The position numbers and the translations under genes were made by a program. From IMG/VR virus record IMGVR_UViG_3300050132_000038, positions 62,001-126,000 of that record: a stretch of DNA of 64,000 nucleotides. One strand, given 5' to 3'. The notes beneath the pieces are model-generated. The model saw only the letters and a list, made by a program, of their open reading frames with translations, ran no database searches and was not told the DNA's origin. The stretch's first letter is position 1; every line of letters starts with the position of its first letter. Positions 33,622-42,437 of this stretch are shown here, in pieces.

Positions 33622-33664
33622 GAAGAGGGCCACCTAACTTTTATTAGCTTAGGTGGCCCTCTTC
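33622..33664. terminator. Hairpin between convergent genes
   Basis: 16-bp stem gaagagggccacctaa/ttaggtggccctcttc. Confidence 0.85.
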
Positions 33665-33670
33665 CATTTG

Positions 33671-34246
33671 TTACTCAGTCTTCAATTCAGGATTCAGATG
33701 CAGTGGAATCTGAAACTCACTCAGGGGAATCATCACCACTGCCCCTGCTGCGTTCTTAACCTCAACGTTCTTCCAGTTATTATACAAGTCGCGGTCGAAC
33801 TTCTTGACTACCTCAACGGGTTCTCCGTTGTAGAATCCCTTATCTGCCAGTAGCTGCGAACCATAGGCTACTGTATAGTAGTCGTCCTGCTCCTCCTCAG
33901 GATCAATGATACTGAATTTAGGCTTTGGTCGGGTGCTTTCCAGGTAGGACCGCAATTCAAGCGCAAGCTCTTCACTAACGAACTCATACTCGGTATCACT
34001 CTTGCGGGCTGTTTGCCACGAGTAACCTGCTAGGCGGTCATCGAAGTAGATTGCCATGAGGCCAACCCACGTATCAGTGCAATTCCACTTGATTACATAG
34101 TAAGCCTTAACACGGTCATCGAAGTCCTTTGGCAGGTCGTGGTAATAGAGGTCAGGCGGCAAGCCTAGCTCTCGGGCAAGCTCCTCACCGTCTGCGTACT
34201 GGGAATCACTGCGGTCTACATTGCGTAGTGCGTCGATTAGTTTCAT
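33671..34246 (-). CDS. Hypothetical phage protein
   Basis: [10 protein letters not shown] motif. Confidence 0.75.
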   Translation of the reverse strand: MKLIDALRNVDRSDSQYADGEELARELGLPPDLYYHDLPKDFDDRVKAYYVIKWNCTDTWVGLMAIYFDDRLAGYSWQTARKSDTEYEFVSEELALELRSYLESTRPKPKFSIIDPEEEQDDYYTVAYGSQLLADKGFYNGEPVEVVKKFDRDLYNNWKNVEVKNAAGAVVMIPLSEFQIPLHLNPELKTE

Positions 34247-34692
34247 TTTCTGCTGGCCTCCACAAGGGTGCGAATACGATCTTTAAATTCTTTATGTGAC
34301 TTGCTGTGTGCTTCCGGATCGCGTGCGGCAGCCTCGTAGCCTACGGCGAAGAAGTAAGCCTGTAGCATTATGCTTTCCACCTCCTCTTCTACAGAAGGAA
34401 CTTTAACCACAGAGGCAATTGCCTCTGTGGGCCTAGGTTTTATTACCCAGGAGCTGTTTGCGATTGTGTTGATAATCGATTGCACAGTAGAGCACTGTTC
34501 GGCCTCCTCATCGCTAACCTCTATGTTGAATTCATCTTCGAGAGCCATGATGAGTTCAGCACAGTCCAGACTATCAGCCCCTAAGTCATCGATGATCCTA
34601 GCGTCGTTCTTTATCTCAAGACGGGAGGTACCGAGTTGGAACTCGATAACTTTCTTAACCCGCTCTTCAATGCCTTCTTTAGTATCGTTCAT
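34243..34692 (-). CDS. acpP: Acyl carrier protein with C-terminal extension
   Basis: [12 protein letters not shown]...[36 protein letters not shown]; phosphopantetheinylation Ser intact. Confidence 0.88.
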   Translation of the reverse strand: MNDTKEGIEERVKKVIEFQLGTSRLEIKNDARIIDDLGADSLDCAELIMALEDEFNIEVSDEEAEQCSTVQSIINTIANSSWVIKPRPTEAIASVVKVPSVEEEVESIMLQAYFFAVGYEAAARDPEAHSKSHKEFKDRIRTLVEASRK

Positions 34693-34889
34693 GCTTCATC
34701 TCCTTTCTTTGATGCGTCGCCATGACGCTCTTCTCGAATCTGATATTTAGCAAAATTAGTAAGGACTCTACCCAAGATCGACATAAGTTCACCACACGTC
34801 AGCTCATTTGCATCTGCAATTTTCAATATTCCCAGCTCAATATCACACTGGGCGATGGCTACCATACGTGTACGATCATGTAGTTTCAT
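34689..34889 (-). CDS. Hypothetical protein
   Basis: Packed ORF. Confidence 0.65.
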   Translation of the reverse strand: MKLHDRTRMVAIAQCDIELGILKIADANELTCGELMSILGRVLTNFAKYQIREERHGDASKKGDEA

Positions 34890-35518
34890 TTGCTTTCCTT
34901 GGTGGTATTCTTCCAGTTGGCGAAACCTAGGAGCTCTCGTTCTACTGCAGTCAGGCGACTCAGTATGATATTGCGTGCCTCTTCCTTAATCTTCTCTTCC
35001 TCGTGCTCCTGTTTCAACTTATTGAGTTCGGCTTCTAGTTCATCGAACTCCCAGTCAGGACTATCTACACGCACGTAGAATTCAAGCGGGCCTTTGGCGT
35101 GTGGGTGGCGTATGTGGATAACAATGGCGAGACCTGGCAACTTGAGATCACCGGTGCGTCCCCTGAACTCCATCTCCGGATCGAACCGCCACGTCACCGT
35201 AGTGGAGTAGTGCTCGCCAGCTAGTATTGCATGGGTGAGAATATCGAACAGGCGAGCTTTGTTATCCCGTAGGTGCGCTGCTTCCGCATCTCGGTCTTTG
35301 GTTTTCCTCGGGTTAAATGGCTCGTCCTCAGTACCAAGCGATTCAAGAGATGCCTCTTTGGGCATGTAGTCATCTATCCCTTCGCCCTCCGCAGTCCCTT
35401 GTATGAAAATCTCACGGCTCGGTGGCCAGGGCTTAAGTGTCGTTAGCTTCTTTGCTTTATGCTCCGGCCGTTGATCTATCGTCGGGCCTACTACCTTGCG
35501 TTTCTTTTCGAGTTCCAT
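34886..35518 (-). CDS. Hypothetical protein
   Basis: Packed ORF. Confidence 0.7.
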   Translation of the reverse strand: MELEKKRKVVGPTIDQRPEHKAKKLTTLKPWPPSREIFIQGTAEGEGIDDYMPKEASLESLGTEDEPFNPRKTKDRDAEAAHLRDNKARLFDILTHAILAGEHYSTTVTWRFDPEMEFRGRTGDLKLPGLAIVIHIRHPHAKGPLEFYVRVDSPDWEFDELEAELNKLKQEHEEEKIKEEARNIILSRLTAVERELLGFANWKNTTKESK

Positions 35519-35522
35519 TCTA

Positions 35523-36326
35523 TTATTCCTTGGTTAGCTTACGTTCGATGAATGCGCGGAGCTGCGTCAACAGTCCGCCGAGGGTTACAAAGTTATCAAT
35601 CTTGTTTGTGCCTTTGACGTGGTTCGAGTATTTAATCATTTGCACCACAAAGTGATAATGGTTAGCGGTCTGCTGTATCTTGTGTAGACCAGGAGTCTGC
35701 TCCATGAATAGGAAGTCCACACGGTCCTTATACTCTTGAGTAATCAAATCCTTCTGACCATTTAGCAATCCGATAACACATATCTTGAGTTTGAAGACTT
35801 CGGCCGTAACCACTGCTTCCTCCACGGGTTCAACGTCCGGGGCCAGGATACCAGGGAGGCGACGATCCAACACTGCATTAACTTCTTGGCGTATTAGCGA
35901 TTGCAAGCGATCGGCACTAGTGGCTTCTTCAATGCGGCGACCTAACTCTGCCCACAGATCAGCCAAGGGGAATTCAGATAACTTGGGAACAGGTGCTGCT
36001 GCCTTCTCCACCTCGGGGTTGAACACTGGCTTGATTGCTTGAGGGTGCCGTGCCTCTACAGATACTACTTTGAGTGCGCTTGTACTGCGCTTCCGCTGAG
36101 GCCTAGGTGCGTCCTCATTGATCGTTACAGCACCTAGACTAGTAATAGCCACTACCGTCTCCGGTTTGGGAGCAGGCTCGACCCCCGCCGTGCCGTTAGC
36201 CATACGACCCAACGTGTTATGGACAGCATGAGCACGAAACTCAGTCATCAGCTCAACCCAGTAGGGACGTATCCATTCAATCTTCTGCGTGGAGTTGAGA
36301 ACTCGATGCTCTTCAATAGGAATCAA
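35523..36326 (-). CDS. Hypothetical protein
   Basis: 267-aa ORF. Confidence 0.75.
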   Translation of the reverse strand: MIPIEEHRVLNSTQKIEWIRPYWVELMTEFRAHAVHNTLGRMANGTAGVEPAPKPETVVAITSLGAVTINEDAPRPQRKRSTSALKVVSVEARHPQAIKPVFNPEVEKAAAPVPKLSEFPLADLWAELGRRIEEATSADRLQSLIRQEVNAVLDRRLPGILAPDVEPVEEAVVTAEVFKLKICVIGLLNGQKDLITQEYKDRVDFLFMEQTPGLHKIQQTANHYHFVVQMIKYSNHVKGTNKIDNFVTLGGLLTQLRAFIERKLTKE

Positions 36327-36495
36327 TTCGTCCTATGCTTGCCGCACGCAATGAAGGTCGGACACTTCTACGTTCTGGGGATCGTTGCGGAGTTCAAAGC
36401 TACGACGTGCTACACTATTCTTCTGCTCGTTTGACCAGTGGTTGCGGTTGCTCATTTGTTCGTTCCTTTTCGTTAGGGGATATATCAGTTACTAT

Positions 36496-36654
36496 TTACG
36501 GTTGTTTCTGCTCAACTGCTTTGCGGAGTTCCTTGCGTAACTCACGTTGAATCTGTCCAAAGTCTGCGAAGGGCTTACCTAATGCTTTTAGGTACGAAGC
36601 CACAGCCCAATCGTGAGCCAGCTGCATACAACGTTCAACCCATTCCTCGTTCAT
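36496..36654 (-). CDS. 52-aa hypothetical protein (not in ORF track)
   Basis: MNEEWVERCMQLAHDWAVASYLKALGKPFADFGQIQRELRKELRKAVEQKQP. Confidence 0.55.
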   Translation of the reverse strand: MNEEWVERCMQLAHDWAVASYLKALGKPFADFGQIQRELRKELRKAVEQKQP

Positions 36655-36827
36655 TTCTTTTCTCCGTAGTGCAAGTCTTTGCGCCAGGGTTTCTGGAGGC
36701 TATTGCCTGTTAGATACGCAGATATTGCCCAAAACGGCCAGTCCCCTACCGATCGCCTAAGATCCTTAGATTGAGCCCGGCGACCTAACGCCTCGAAGTA
36801 ACGCTTCCCTGCTAGTGGCTTTCTCAT
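36651..36827 (-). CDS. 58-aa basic hypothetical protein (not in ORF track)
   Basis: MRKPLAGKRYFEALGRRAQSKDL...; ATGA overlap with the next gene. Confidence 0.55.
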   Translation of the reverse strand: MRKPLAGKRYFEALGRRAQSKDLRRSVGDWPFWAISAYLTGNSLQKPWRKDLHYGEKK

Positions 36828-36836
36828 TGTTTGCTC

Positions 36837-37415
36837 CTAGGCTGCTATAACGAAACGAGTGTAGAAGTGTTTATTTCCCGTACCCCATGACTCCGTCTCG
36901 ACAAGTCGCATCCATTGCACGTAGGATGTGTCACCCTTCCACTCTACTGGATCATCGTCAATAGTAACTCCAACCTTGTGGCCTAGACTAGCAGCGTCAC
37001 CAAGTAGGTCTATCCAGAAATCCCGGCCGCGTTCTGTTTGTGACTTGTCCGACACAATGTATTTATAGCGATGGAGAAGAATACTGAACACCACAAACTT
37101 TGCCAGTCCACGAGCTTGTGGGGCGCCCAGCCTACGCCAAACTTCAACTTGAGTTATGCTACTAGAAGTTAGCTGCGGGAGCTTCTCCGCTTTGAGATGC
37201 ACCAAATATAGAATCGCTGATGTAGGATGCACCAGTACAATGTACGATTCTTTTTCCGATACGGTAAACTCGATGAGTGGTAGTTCACGGTGCAACCCAA
37301 TCTTCTTGTTCGGGTATTTGTCGTAGAAGTCCTGAAGCCTACGCTTGTTAGACTCAGGGTCCTTGAGGTTGAAGTGGGTTGGGTCTAGGAGATACGGTGC
37401 AGAGGTTATTTCCAT
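36837..37415 (-). CDS. GNAT-fold-like hypothetical protein (paralog of 28826..29407)
   Basis: Collinear with 28826..29407 from MEITSAPYL to RFVIAA. Confidence 0.75.
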   Translation of the reverse strand: MEITSAPYLLDPTHFNLKDPESNKRRLQDFYDKYPNKKIGLHRELPLIEFTVSEKESYIVLVHPTSAILYLVHLKAEKLPQLTSSSITQVEVWRRLGAPQARGLAKFVVFSILLHRYKYIVSDKSQTERGRDFWIDLLGDAASLGHKVGVTIDDDPVEWKGDTSYVQWMRLVETESWGTGNKHFYTRFVIAA

Positions 37416-37657
37416 GATTTATCCTTGTTGTAGAAGTCGATCGGTGTGCCCTGAGCGTCTACGATGCACACAGCTTTTCGTTTCAGCACCGCGATGAGAA
37501 TGTGTGGGTCAATCGTTATAGTCACTACGTGCCTCAGCTAAATCTTTAATTACTACATAGGCAACGGCGATCACGCAAATGGTGATGCCAACTAAAATGA
37601 ATGCTACTGTCATATGTTAATCCTCAGTGAAGCTACAAGCCCAGTGTACGGGGTTAT

Positions 37658-38074
37658 TTACCCAGGGAAACGCCACTTGGCGGGAGGGGCATCGGGATCA
37701 GCCTTTGCCCGCTCTTCAATCTCTTTGTCGGTGAATGGGCCACCGCCGAACATATCCTCTTCGTCCTCGTCTTCCTCTTCGTCGTACTCGCCGTAGTCCT
37801 CTTCATCGTCATCATCGACTTCACTGTTCGTGAAGTCTTGCCTAGGCGTAGGGAAGGGCCACACGGCCGCCGCGTTTACTTTCTTGTCTTCGATTGTCAT
37901 GCTCACTCCTTGGTCGGTAAGGGGAGTAGGCTCGTGTAATTGCGAGCCTTGGTTCTCAGGGGTCGTACGGCAGTACTGTGCGAAGATAAGGCAGTCATCG
38001 CGCCATATCCTACCGTGACAGTGGGTAATTGCCACGCCACAGTGGCGGCATATTGATTGTTCTACCATGTTCAT
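37658..38074 (-). CDS. Hypothetical protein with acidic tract (start uncertain)
   Basis: AVWPFP...DDDDEEDY...KWRFPG; internal start MTIEDK likely. Confidence 0.6.
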   Translation of the reverse strand: MNMVEQSICRHCGVAITHCHGRIWRDDCLIFAQYCRTTPENQGSQLHEPTPLTDQGVSMTIEDKKVNAAAVWPFPTPRQDFTNSEVDDDDEEDYGEYDEEEDEDEEDMFGGGPFTDKEIEERAKADPDAPPAKWRFPG

Positions 38075-38217
38075 ACTTACCCCTGGTTACTTGATCTGAC
38101 GCCAATCCGGTGTCAGCTTGTCTCGTACCCAGACGTACGCGGAATGCAATAGAGTGGCTGCTGCCACTAGCGGTGCGAATAAGCACCCGAAGAGTGCTAT
38201 TCCAACAGCAAGATCGC

Positions 38218-38529
38218 TCATATTTTCTCCCGGTAGAATAGTGGAGCAACTCGGTAAGGGTCAACCTGAATGAGTGAACCGAAGTCGTCCATCACATAGG
38301 TTCCAGGCTTGGCGTCATGTTGGTGATACAGCCACCACGTCACACGGGAGTGGCTGATTGCGGGGTTGCGAATTGGATGGAACATAGGTTCTGACATTTT
38401 CAAAATCCCAAGGGAACATAGGTGAACATAGGTTCTGACATTTTCTTGCTCCTCGTCCGGTACGTCTTCGTCTTCGAGCCACTCCTGAGTGTCATCTTCA
38501 AAATCCCAGGGGAACACAGGTTCTGACAT
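38218..38529 (-). CDS. Hypothetical protein containing internal DNA repeats
   Basis: Start MSEPVF with RBS CTAAGGAATAAGAAA. Confidence 0.55.
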   Translation of the reverse strand: MSEPVFPWDFEDDTQEWLEDEDVPDEEQENVRTYVHLCSLGILKMSEPMFHPIRNPAISHSRVTWWLYHQHDAKPGTYVMDDFGSLIQVDPYRVAPLFYREKI

Positions 38530-38533
38530 TTTC
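38380..38533. repeat. Three copies of a 22-nt repeat
   Basis: gaaca(t/c)aggttctgacattttc at 38380-38401, 38424-38445, 38512-38533. Confidence 0.85.
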
Positions 38534-38649
38534 TTATTCCTTAGATTTTCTTGCGGCGTGGACGATCTGCTAACTCTTCGTCCACTGAGTGATCGTCGAT
38601 GATTTCCTCTTCCAATGGAAGCCACGGACGCTCCCACCTGTCAATCATG

Positions 38650-38994
38650 TTATTCCTCGTCTGTGTAGGCTAGGGGAACTAGCTTTGGCGCCTCAATCTG
38701 ATACAGCAGGGCTTCGCGGTTAGTCTTGCATACAATCGACCAACCACCGGCACACCCAGGCTCTAGAAGGTACACCCGAGTAAACCGTGCGACTTCACCA
38801 TGTGCGGTCGCAGCGTTTGATGCAGAGGCTAACCTTGAGTAGAATACGGTGGGGCACTCATACGCTACGTACTCCTCATCCGGATACGTGATTTCACAAT
38901 AGTGCGCACCCGGCGCAGGTTCATGCAACACACCCTTCTCGCTTTCGAGAACCCGGATGAGGTCCATCATTTCAGTAAGAATCTTGGTCTTCAT
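38650..38994 (-). CDS. Hypothetical protein
   Basis: Start MKTKIL with RBS CTAAGGAATAAGAAA. Confidence 0.65.
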   Translation of the reverse strand: MKTKILTEMMDLIRVLESEKGVLHEPAPGAHYCEITYPDEEYVAYECPTVFYSRLASASNAATAHGEVARFTRVYLLEPGCAGGWSIVCKTNREALLYQIEAPKLVPLAYTDEE

Positions 38995-39005
38995 TTTCTT
39001 ATTCC

Positions 39006-39683
39006 TTAGTAGCTGATTAGTGTATCGCGTATATCCGGGCGACCGTAGTGCTTGACCGGCAACAGCGGGTTCTGTGTACACGTGTCGTCTTCAATTTCCA
39101 CAGGGACGAATGAGATACGAAAGAACGTGCGCTGTGTCCCTGCTGTTACAGGTGGCCGACGATGTACGATGTACGGATCAATCTGATACAGACGTTTGGG
39201 TTTGAGCACCCGTATGTTTTGTTCCCCAGCACGGTCTTGGAAGAACGTGTGTACGTTATGTTTGAATGGGTCGAAGTCTTCCGGGAATTCAAAACGCTGG
39301 TCCAACACTTCGGTAGGCTGAACGTCAGTCCAAATGTAATTCTGTTCGGGTGCGTGGGGTACGCGCATTGAGAACCCATCGCCGTGCCATTGATCGTCTG
39401 TCACTGACCGTACTTCACCAGAGCGCACAGTCACGTACACGAATGGGTGATCCACGCACAACTGGTTCTGCTGATACACACAACGGGCGATGGTATGGCT
39501 GAGCCAGTGGAGTTCTTTGGGAATCTGCAATCCCTTCGACCACGGCGACTTCACCATCATGCGAAGTATGTATTGATCCTTCGGTGTGGTAGGATCACAC
39601 GCGAAAGATTGCAATGTTTGATCGGCCACAGCATAAGTGGCGAGACTAAGATTTTGTTTAGCGCGCTGTGCAAGAGTTAGCAT
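39006..39683 (-). CDS. 2OG-Fe(II) dioxygenase-like protein
   Basis: WHGDG (HxD), distal VHRRPP His, RTFFRISF Arg. Confidence 0.65.
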   Translation of the reverse strand: MLTLAQRAKQNLSLATYAVADQTLQSFACDPTTPKDQYILRMMVKSPWSKGLQIPKELHWLSHTIARCVYQQNQLCVDHPFVYVTVRSGEVRSVTDDQWHGDGFSMRVPHAPEQNYIWTDVQPTEVLDQRFEFPEDFDPFKHNVHTFFQDRAGEQNIRVLKPKRLYQIDPYIVHRRPPVTAGTQRTFFRISFVPVEIEDDTCTQNPLLPVKHYGRPDIRDTLISY

Positions 39684-39686
39684 GGC

Positions 39687-40022
39687 TTATTCCTCCGAGA
39701 CGTAACTGATTTTCGTTTGAACCCATTCCGAAGTCTTCATCGGAACTGCCTTACCCAACTTTGCAAATATCGCCTGCACCTTCGTGGCGTCAATATCCTT
39801 GCGAGTACGATGTGAGAATTCCAATTGCATGAGATACCCTTCATCGCCGTTGAACTGGAAATTTTCATTTGCTGATTTCGCCGCCAGAAAGTCTGTCAGC
39901 GATTCTTCCTCGGCCTTCAATGCTTTGAGCTTCTCGCGCAACTCAGCGAGCTCTTGTTTAACTCCGTTCAAGCGGTTGGCGTACTCGCGAGGTTTTTTAC
40001 TATTTACAAATTTATACGACAT
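39687..40022 (-). CDS. Hypothetical coiled-coil protein
   Basis: ORF with RBS. Confidence 0.7.
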   Translation of the reverse strand: MSYKFVNSKKPREYANRLNGVKQELAELREKLKALKAEEESLTDFLAAKSANENFQFNGDEGYLMQLEFSHRTRKDIDATKVQAIFAKLGKAVPMKTSEWVQTKISYVSEE

Positions 40023-40054
40023 GATGTTTTTCCTTTTCGATGGGGGTTATCAGT

Positions 40055-40312
40055 TTACACGCGGTCGTTCTGGGAGATAACAATACTAGCCGTACCTCTG
40101 GGGTGAACCTTCGCCATGTGCTCGCGGAACTTGCGACAACTCCTGACAACATTGCGAATCTCGTTACGGACCACAGTGACGTTACCAAAATTCTCCTGAC
40201 GGCGCAGACGTTTTAGGGTCGCGTTAAGGGCACGCTTTAACTTACGCGGCTCGCCTTTCTTAAGAGCCCGATTGATAAGCCACTCGGCGTACTGGATGGC
40301 AGTTCTTGTCAT
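40055..40312 (-). CDS. Basic hypothetical protein
   Basis: Start MTRTAIQ with RBS. Confidence 0.65.
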   Translation of the reverse strand: MTRTAIQYAEWLINRALKKGEPRKLKRALNATLKRLRRQENFGNVTVVRNEIRNVVRSCRKFREHMAKVHPRGTASIVISQNDRV

Positions 40313-40334
40313 GATCTTTCCTTTTCGATGGGGG

Positions 40335-40649
40335 TTAATCGAGATATTCAATTTGGTCGCGCCGCACCATTGCGTACTTGCCGTCGCAGTGGATAACAAC
40401 ATCACGACCCTTGCTAAGTTCAATGTTGTGACGAATCCAGCTTGGTACGTCGCCGCAGACGTCATTGTGGACACGTACAAAATCGTACACATCTTCTTTC
40501 TCGTAAATCTTGTCGGACTTCGTGGTGTACGGCTTCCAAGGTGCCGTGTCAGTCAGTGAACAGTCGCCGCTGTTCACTGTGCGAGGGCCATTGATTTTGC
40601 CAAAAGGCGCATTTATGCGAATAACTGTATTTGCTTTGACGAGCCACAT
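40335..40649 (-). CDS. Hypothetical protein
   Basis: First ORF after a sigma70 promoter. Confidence 0.65.
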   Translation of the reverse strand: MWLVKANTVIRINAPFGKINGPRTVNSGDCSLTDTAPWKPYTTKSDKIYEKEDVYDFVRVHNDVCGDVPSWIRHNIELSKGRDVVIHCDGKYAMVRRDQIEYLD

Positions 40650-40699
40650 TTTCTATTCTCCGTTTTCTATCGGTTTTCTATCTTGTGCCTCTACACCTC

Positions 40700-40728
40700 A
40701 TTTTAACACGTATTTCGACAGGAAACAA
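40700..40728 (-). promoter_or_regulatory. Sigma70-like (early) promoter
   Basis: TTGTTT-17 nt-TAAAAT; -10 context nearly identical to that at 12441. Confidence 0.65.
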
Positions 40729-40981
40729 CAATTTTGTTGCAAATAACACGAATCTGCCTAAATTTTGTGCAGCGTTTAAGCCTTTTTGACCCTCTTTTAA
40801 CCATTTTCCGTGATTCATGGGTATTTCATCAAAAGCCTGTATTTTGGCCCGCCAGAGGGTGCCTACGACGCTGTAGCCTACCTGCAATGGAAGGTTTCCC
40901 TGATATGAATTTAGCCCATGAAATGCAAAGAGCCCCGCACCGATCATTTAAGACCAGAGCAGGGCTCGCTTGAAACTTGAA

Positions 40982-41428
40982 TTACAGGATGACCTGATTG
41001 CGAAGGTATTTAATACGATCGATCAGGCGCTCAAGATTGTCTAAGGAAATGTTTAACGCAACCTGCGTAGGGGACAAGGTCGAGCCTACAGTGGGACGAT
41101 AAACACTCGTGTCAGCTTCGGCCTTATCATTGTTCTCCTCAAACAGGAAACGCGGTAGATAGGGCTCGAGCGTGTTCATAAGGTTAAGCAGTTCGCCGTG
41201 ACCAGTAGCTATCAGCTGGTCGAGCTGCTTCAGGGCTTCGGCAACTGGTGCTTCATCTTTAGCCACGTCAGCTACTGGAGCAGGTGCCTGCGTAATTATC
41301 GAGGGCGGTACCCGATTAATCTTGTCTGCGAAAGCCTGCGCTGCCATATCAGGGGGTAGCTTGGTACTGCTCAGGGTGCGCTTAACGTCATCAGCTGTTC
41401 GGGTCTTCTTACTGGATGAGGTTGCCAT
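40982..41428 (-). CDS. Hypothetical protein
   Basis: Packed ORF. Confidence 0.65.
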   Translation of the reverse strand: MATSSSKKTRTADDVKRTLSSTKLPPDMAAQAFADKINRVPPSIITQAPAPVADVAKDEAPVAEALKQLDQLIATGHGELLNLMNTLEPYLPRFLFEENNDKAEADTSVYRPTVGSTLSPTQVALNISLDNLERLIDRIKYLRNQVIL

Positions 41429-41873
41429 CTGCGGTTGCTCCTTGTTGGTAGGTTTCGATAATCTGGTCGAGATCGATAAGTGCTTGCTCTAGGCACTTCG
41501 TGTAGGTCGGAATCTTTAGCGAGTCCAAAAGGTTCATGTACAACTCACGCACAGGTGAACCGACGGCCTCTACATCTATTACACGGTCGATCAAATCGAA
41601 GTGTCGTTCAGTAAGATCTGGGTTGGACACCACATCTCGGCCACTGGGCGTAGTAGCGCATAGAGTAATGAGGCGGGTGATCTCACGATTGATATACTCC
41701 TTCGCGGTGTTCAAGTCCTTAAGAGGTTCCGGAGAGGCATCAAGGTGAAAAACATAGGTGAAGGCAAAGCCTACATTGAACGATAGGACTTCGGAGATCC
41801 AACCGCTCCTTACACCTGACTTATGCTGAGGAGAGCTCGACGTCGCAATGACAGAATTAGTATTGTCTTGCAC
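41409..41873 (-). CDS. Degenerate DUF3310-like protein (tentative)
   Basis: FNVGFAFTYVF...DLNTAKEYINREI. Confidence 0.55.
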   Translation of the reverse strand: MQDNTNSVIATSSSPQHKSGVRSGWISEVLSFNVGFAFTYVFHLDASPEPLKDLNTAKEYINREITRLITLCATTPSGRDVVSNPDLTERHFDLIDRVIDVEAVGSPVRELYMNLLDSLKIPTYTKCLEQALIDLDQIIETYQQGATADGNLIQ

Positions 41874-42221
41874 TTACGCCTCCAGTTGAGGTTGGTTGCC
41901 TGCTTCATTCTCGCGCTTGCGTAGAATACGTTTTGCGTAGTGTACGATTTTCTGAGCACCATACAAGGAACCGTGTCCTGGCTTGCCGTTGCCACTGCGT
42001 GCGTTAGCCGACCGCCAAATCTCTTTGAAGATGTTCGCTTCATCGAACGTCAAGTTCAGGGCGTCGATAATATCTTCGCACTCTGCGGTGTACGCGGGTT
42101 GGGTTTCACGCTGAGGGTTGGGCACCTGCACTAGGTAGTAATTCGTGCGGCCGCCTTTAACTTCGGTCTCGGCTACTATAGCAGGGGCAGTGGGTACTGG
42201 TGGGGATTCGGTGGTGGTCAT
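41874..42221 (-). CDS. DUF3310-like phage protein
   Basis: ECEDIIDALNLTFDEANIFKEIWR...AQKIVHY. Confidence 0.7.
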   Translation of the reverse strand: MTTTESPPVPTAPAIVAETEVKGGRTNYYLVQVPNPQRETQPAYTAECEDIIDALNLTFDEANIFKEIWRSANARSGNGKPGHGSLYGAQKIVHYAKRILRKRENEAGNQPQLEA

Positions 42222-42403
42222 GGGGAACCTAAATTACGGATTGCGTTAATTACCAGTCGGGGAACTAGCGTAGGAGTTCTGTTCTTTGCAAGGGCAACCA
42301 ACATCGATGCCCTGGTCTTAGGTAGACCGTTAGGCAGCGAGTTGAGTGCTTTGTGAACTTCTTCGATACGTGACTGCTGGGTAATTGCGAACCTCTGAGT
42401 CAT
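42218..42403 (-). CDS. Hypothetical protein
   Basis: Packed ORF. Confidence 0.55.
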   Translation of the reverse strand: MTQRFAITQQSRIEEVHKALNSLPNGLPKTRASMLVALAKNRTPTLVPRLVINAIRNLGSP

Positions 42404-42437
42404 TCTACTTCACTTAACGGAGGAGGTGAAATCCGTC

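Noticed and set aside
38380-38533. Mini CRISPR array
   Set aside because: Spacing is irregular (22 and 66 nt), spacers are themselves partly repeated, the repeats are coding, and no cas genes are present
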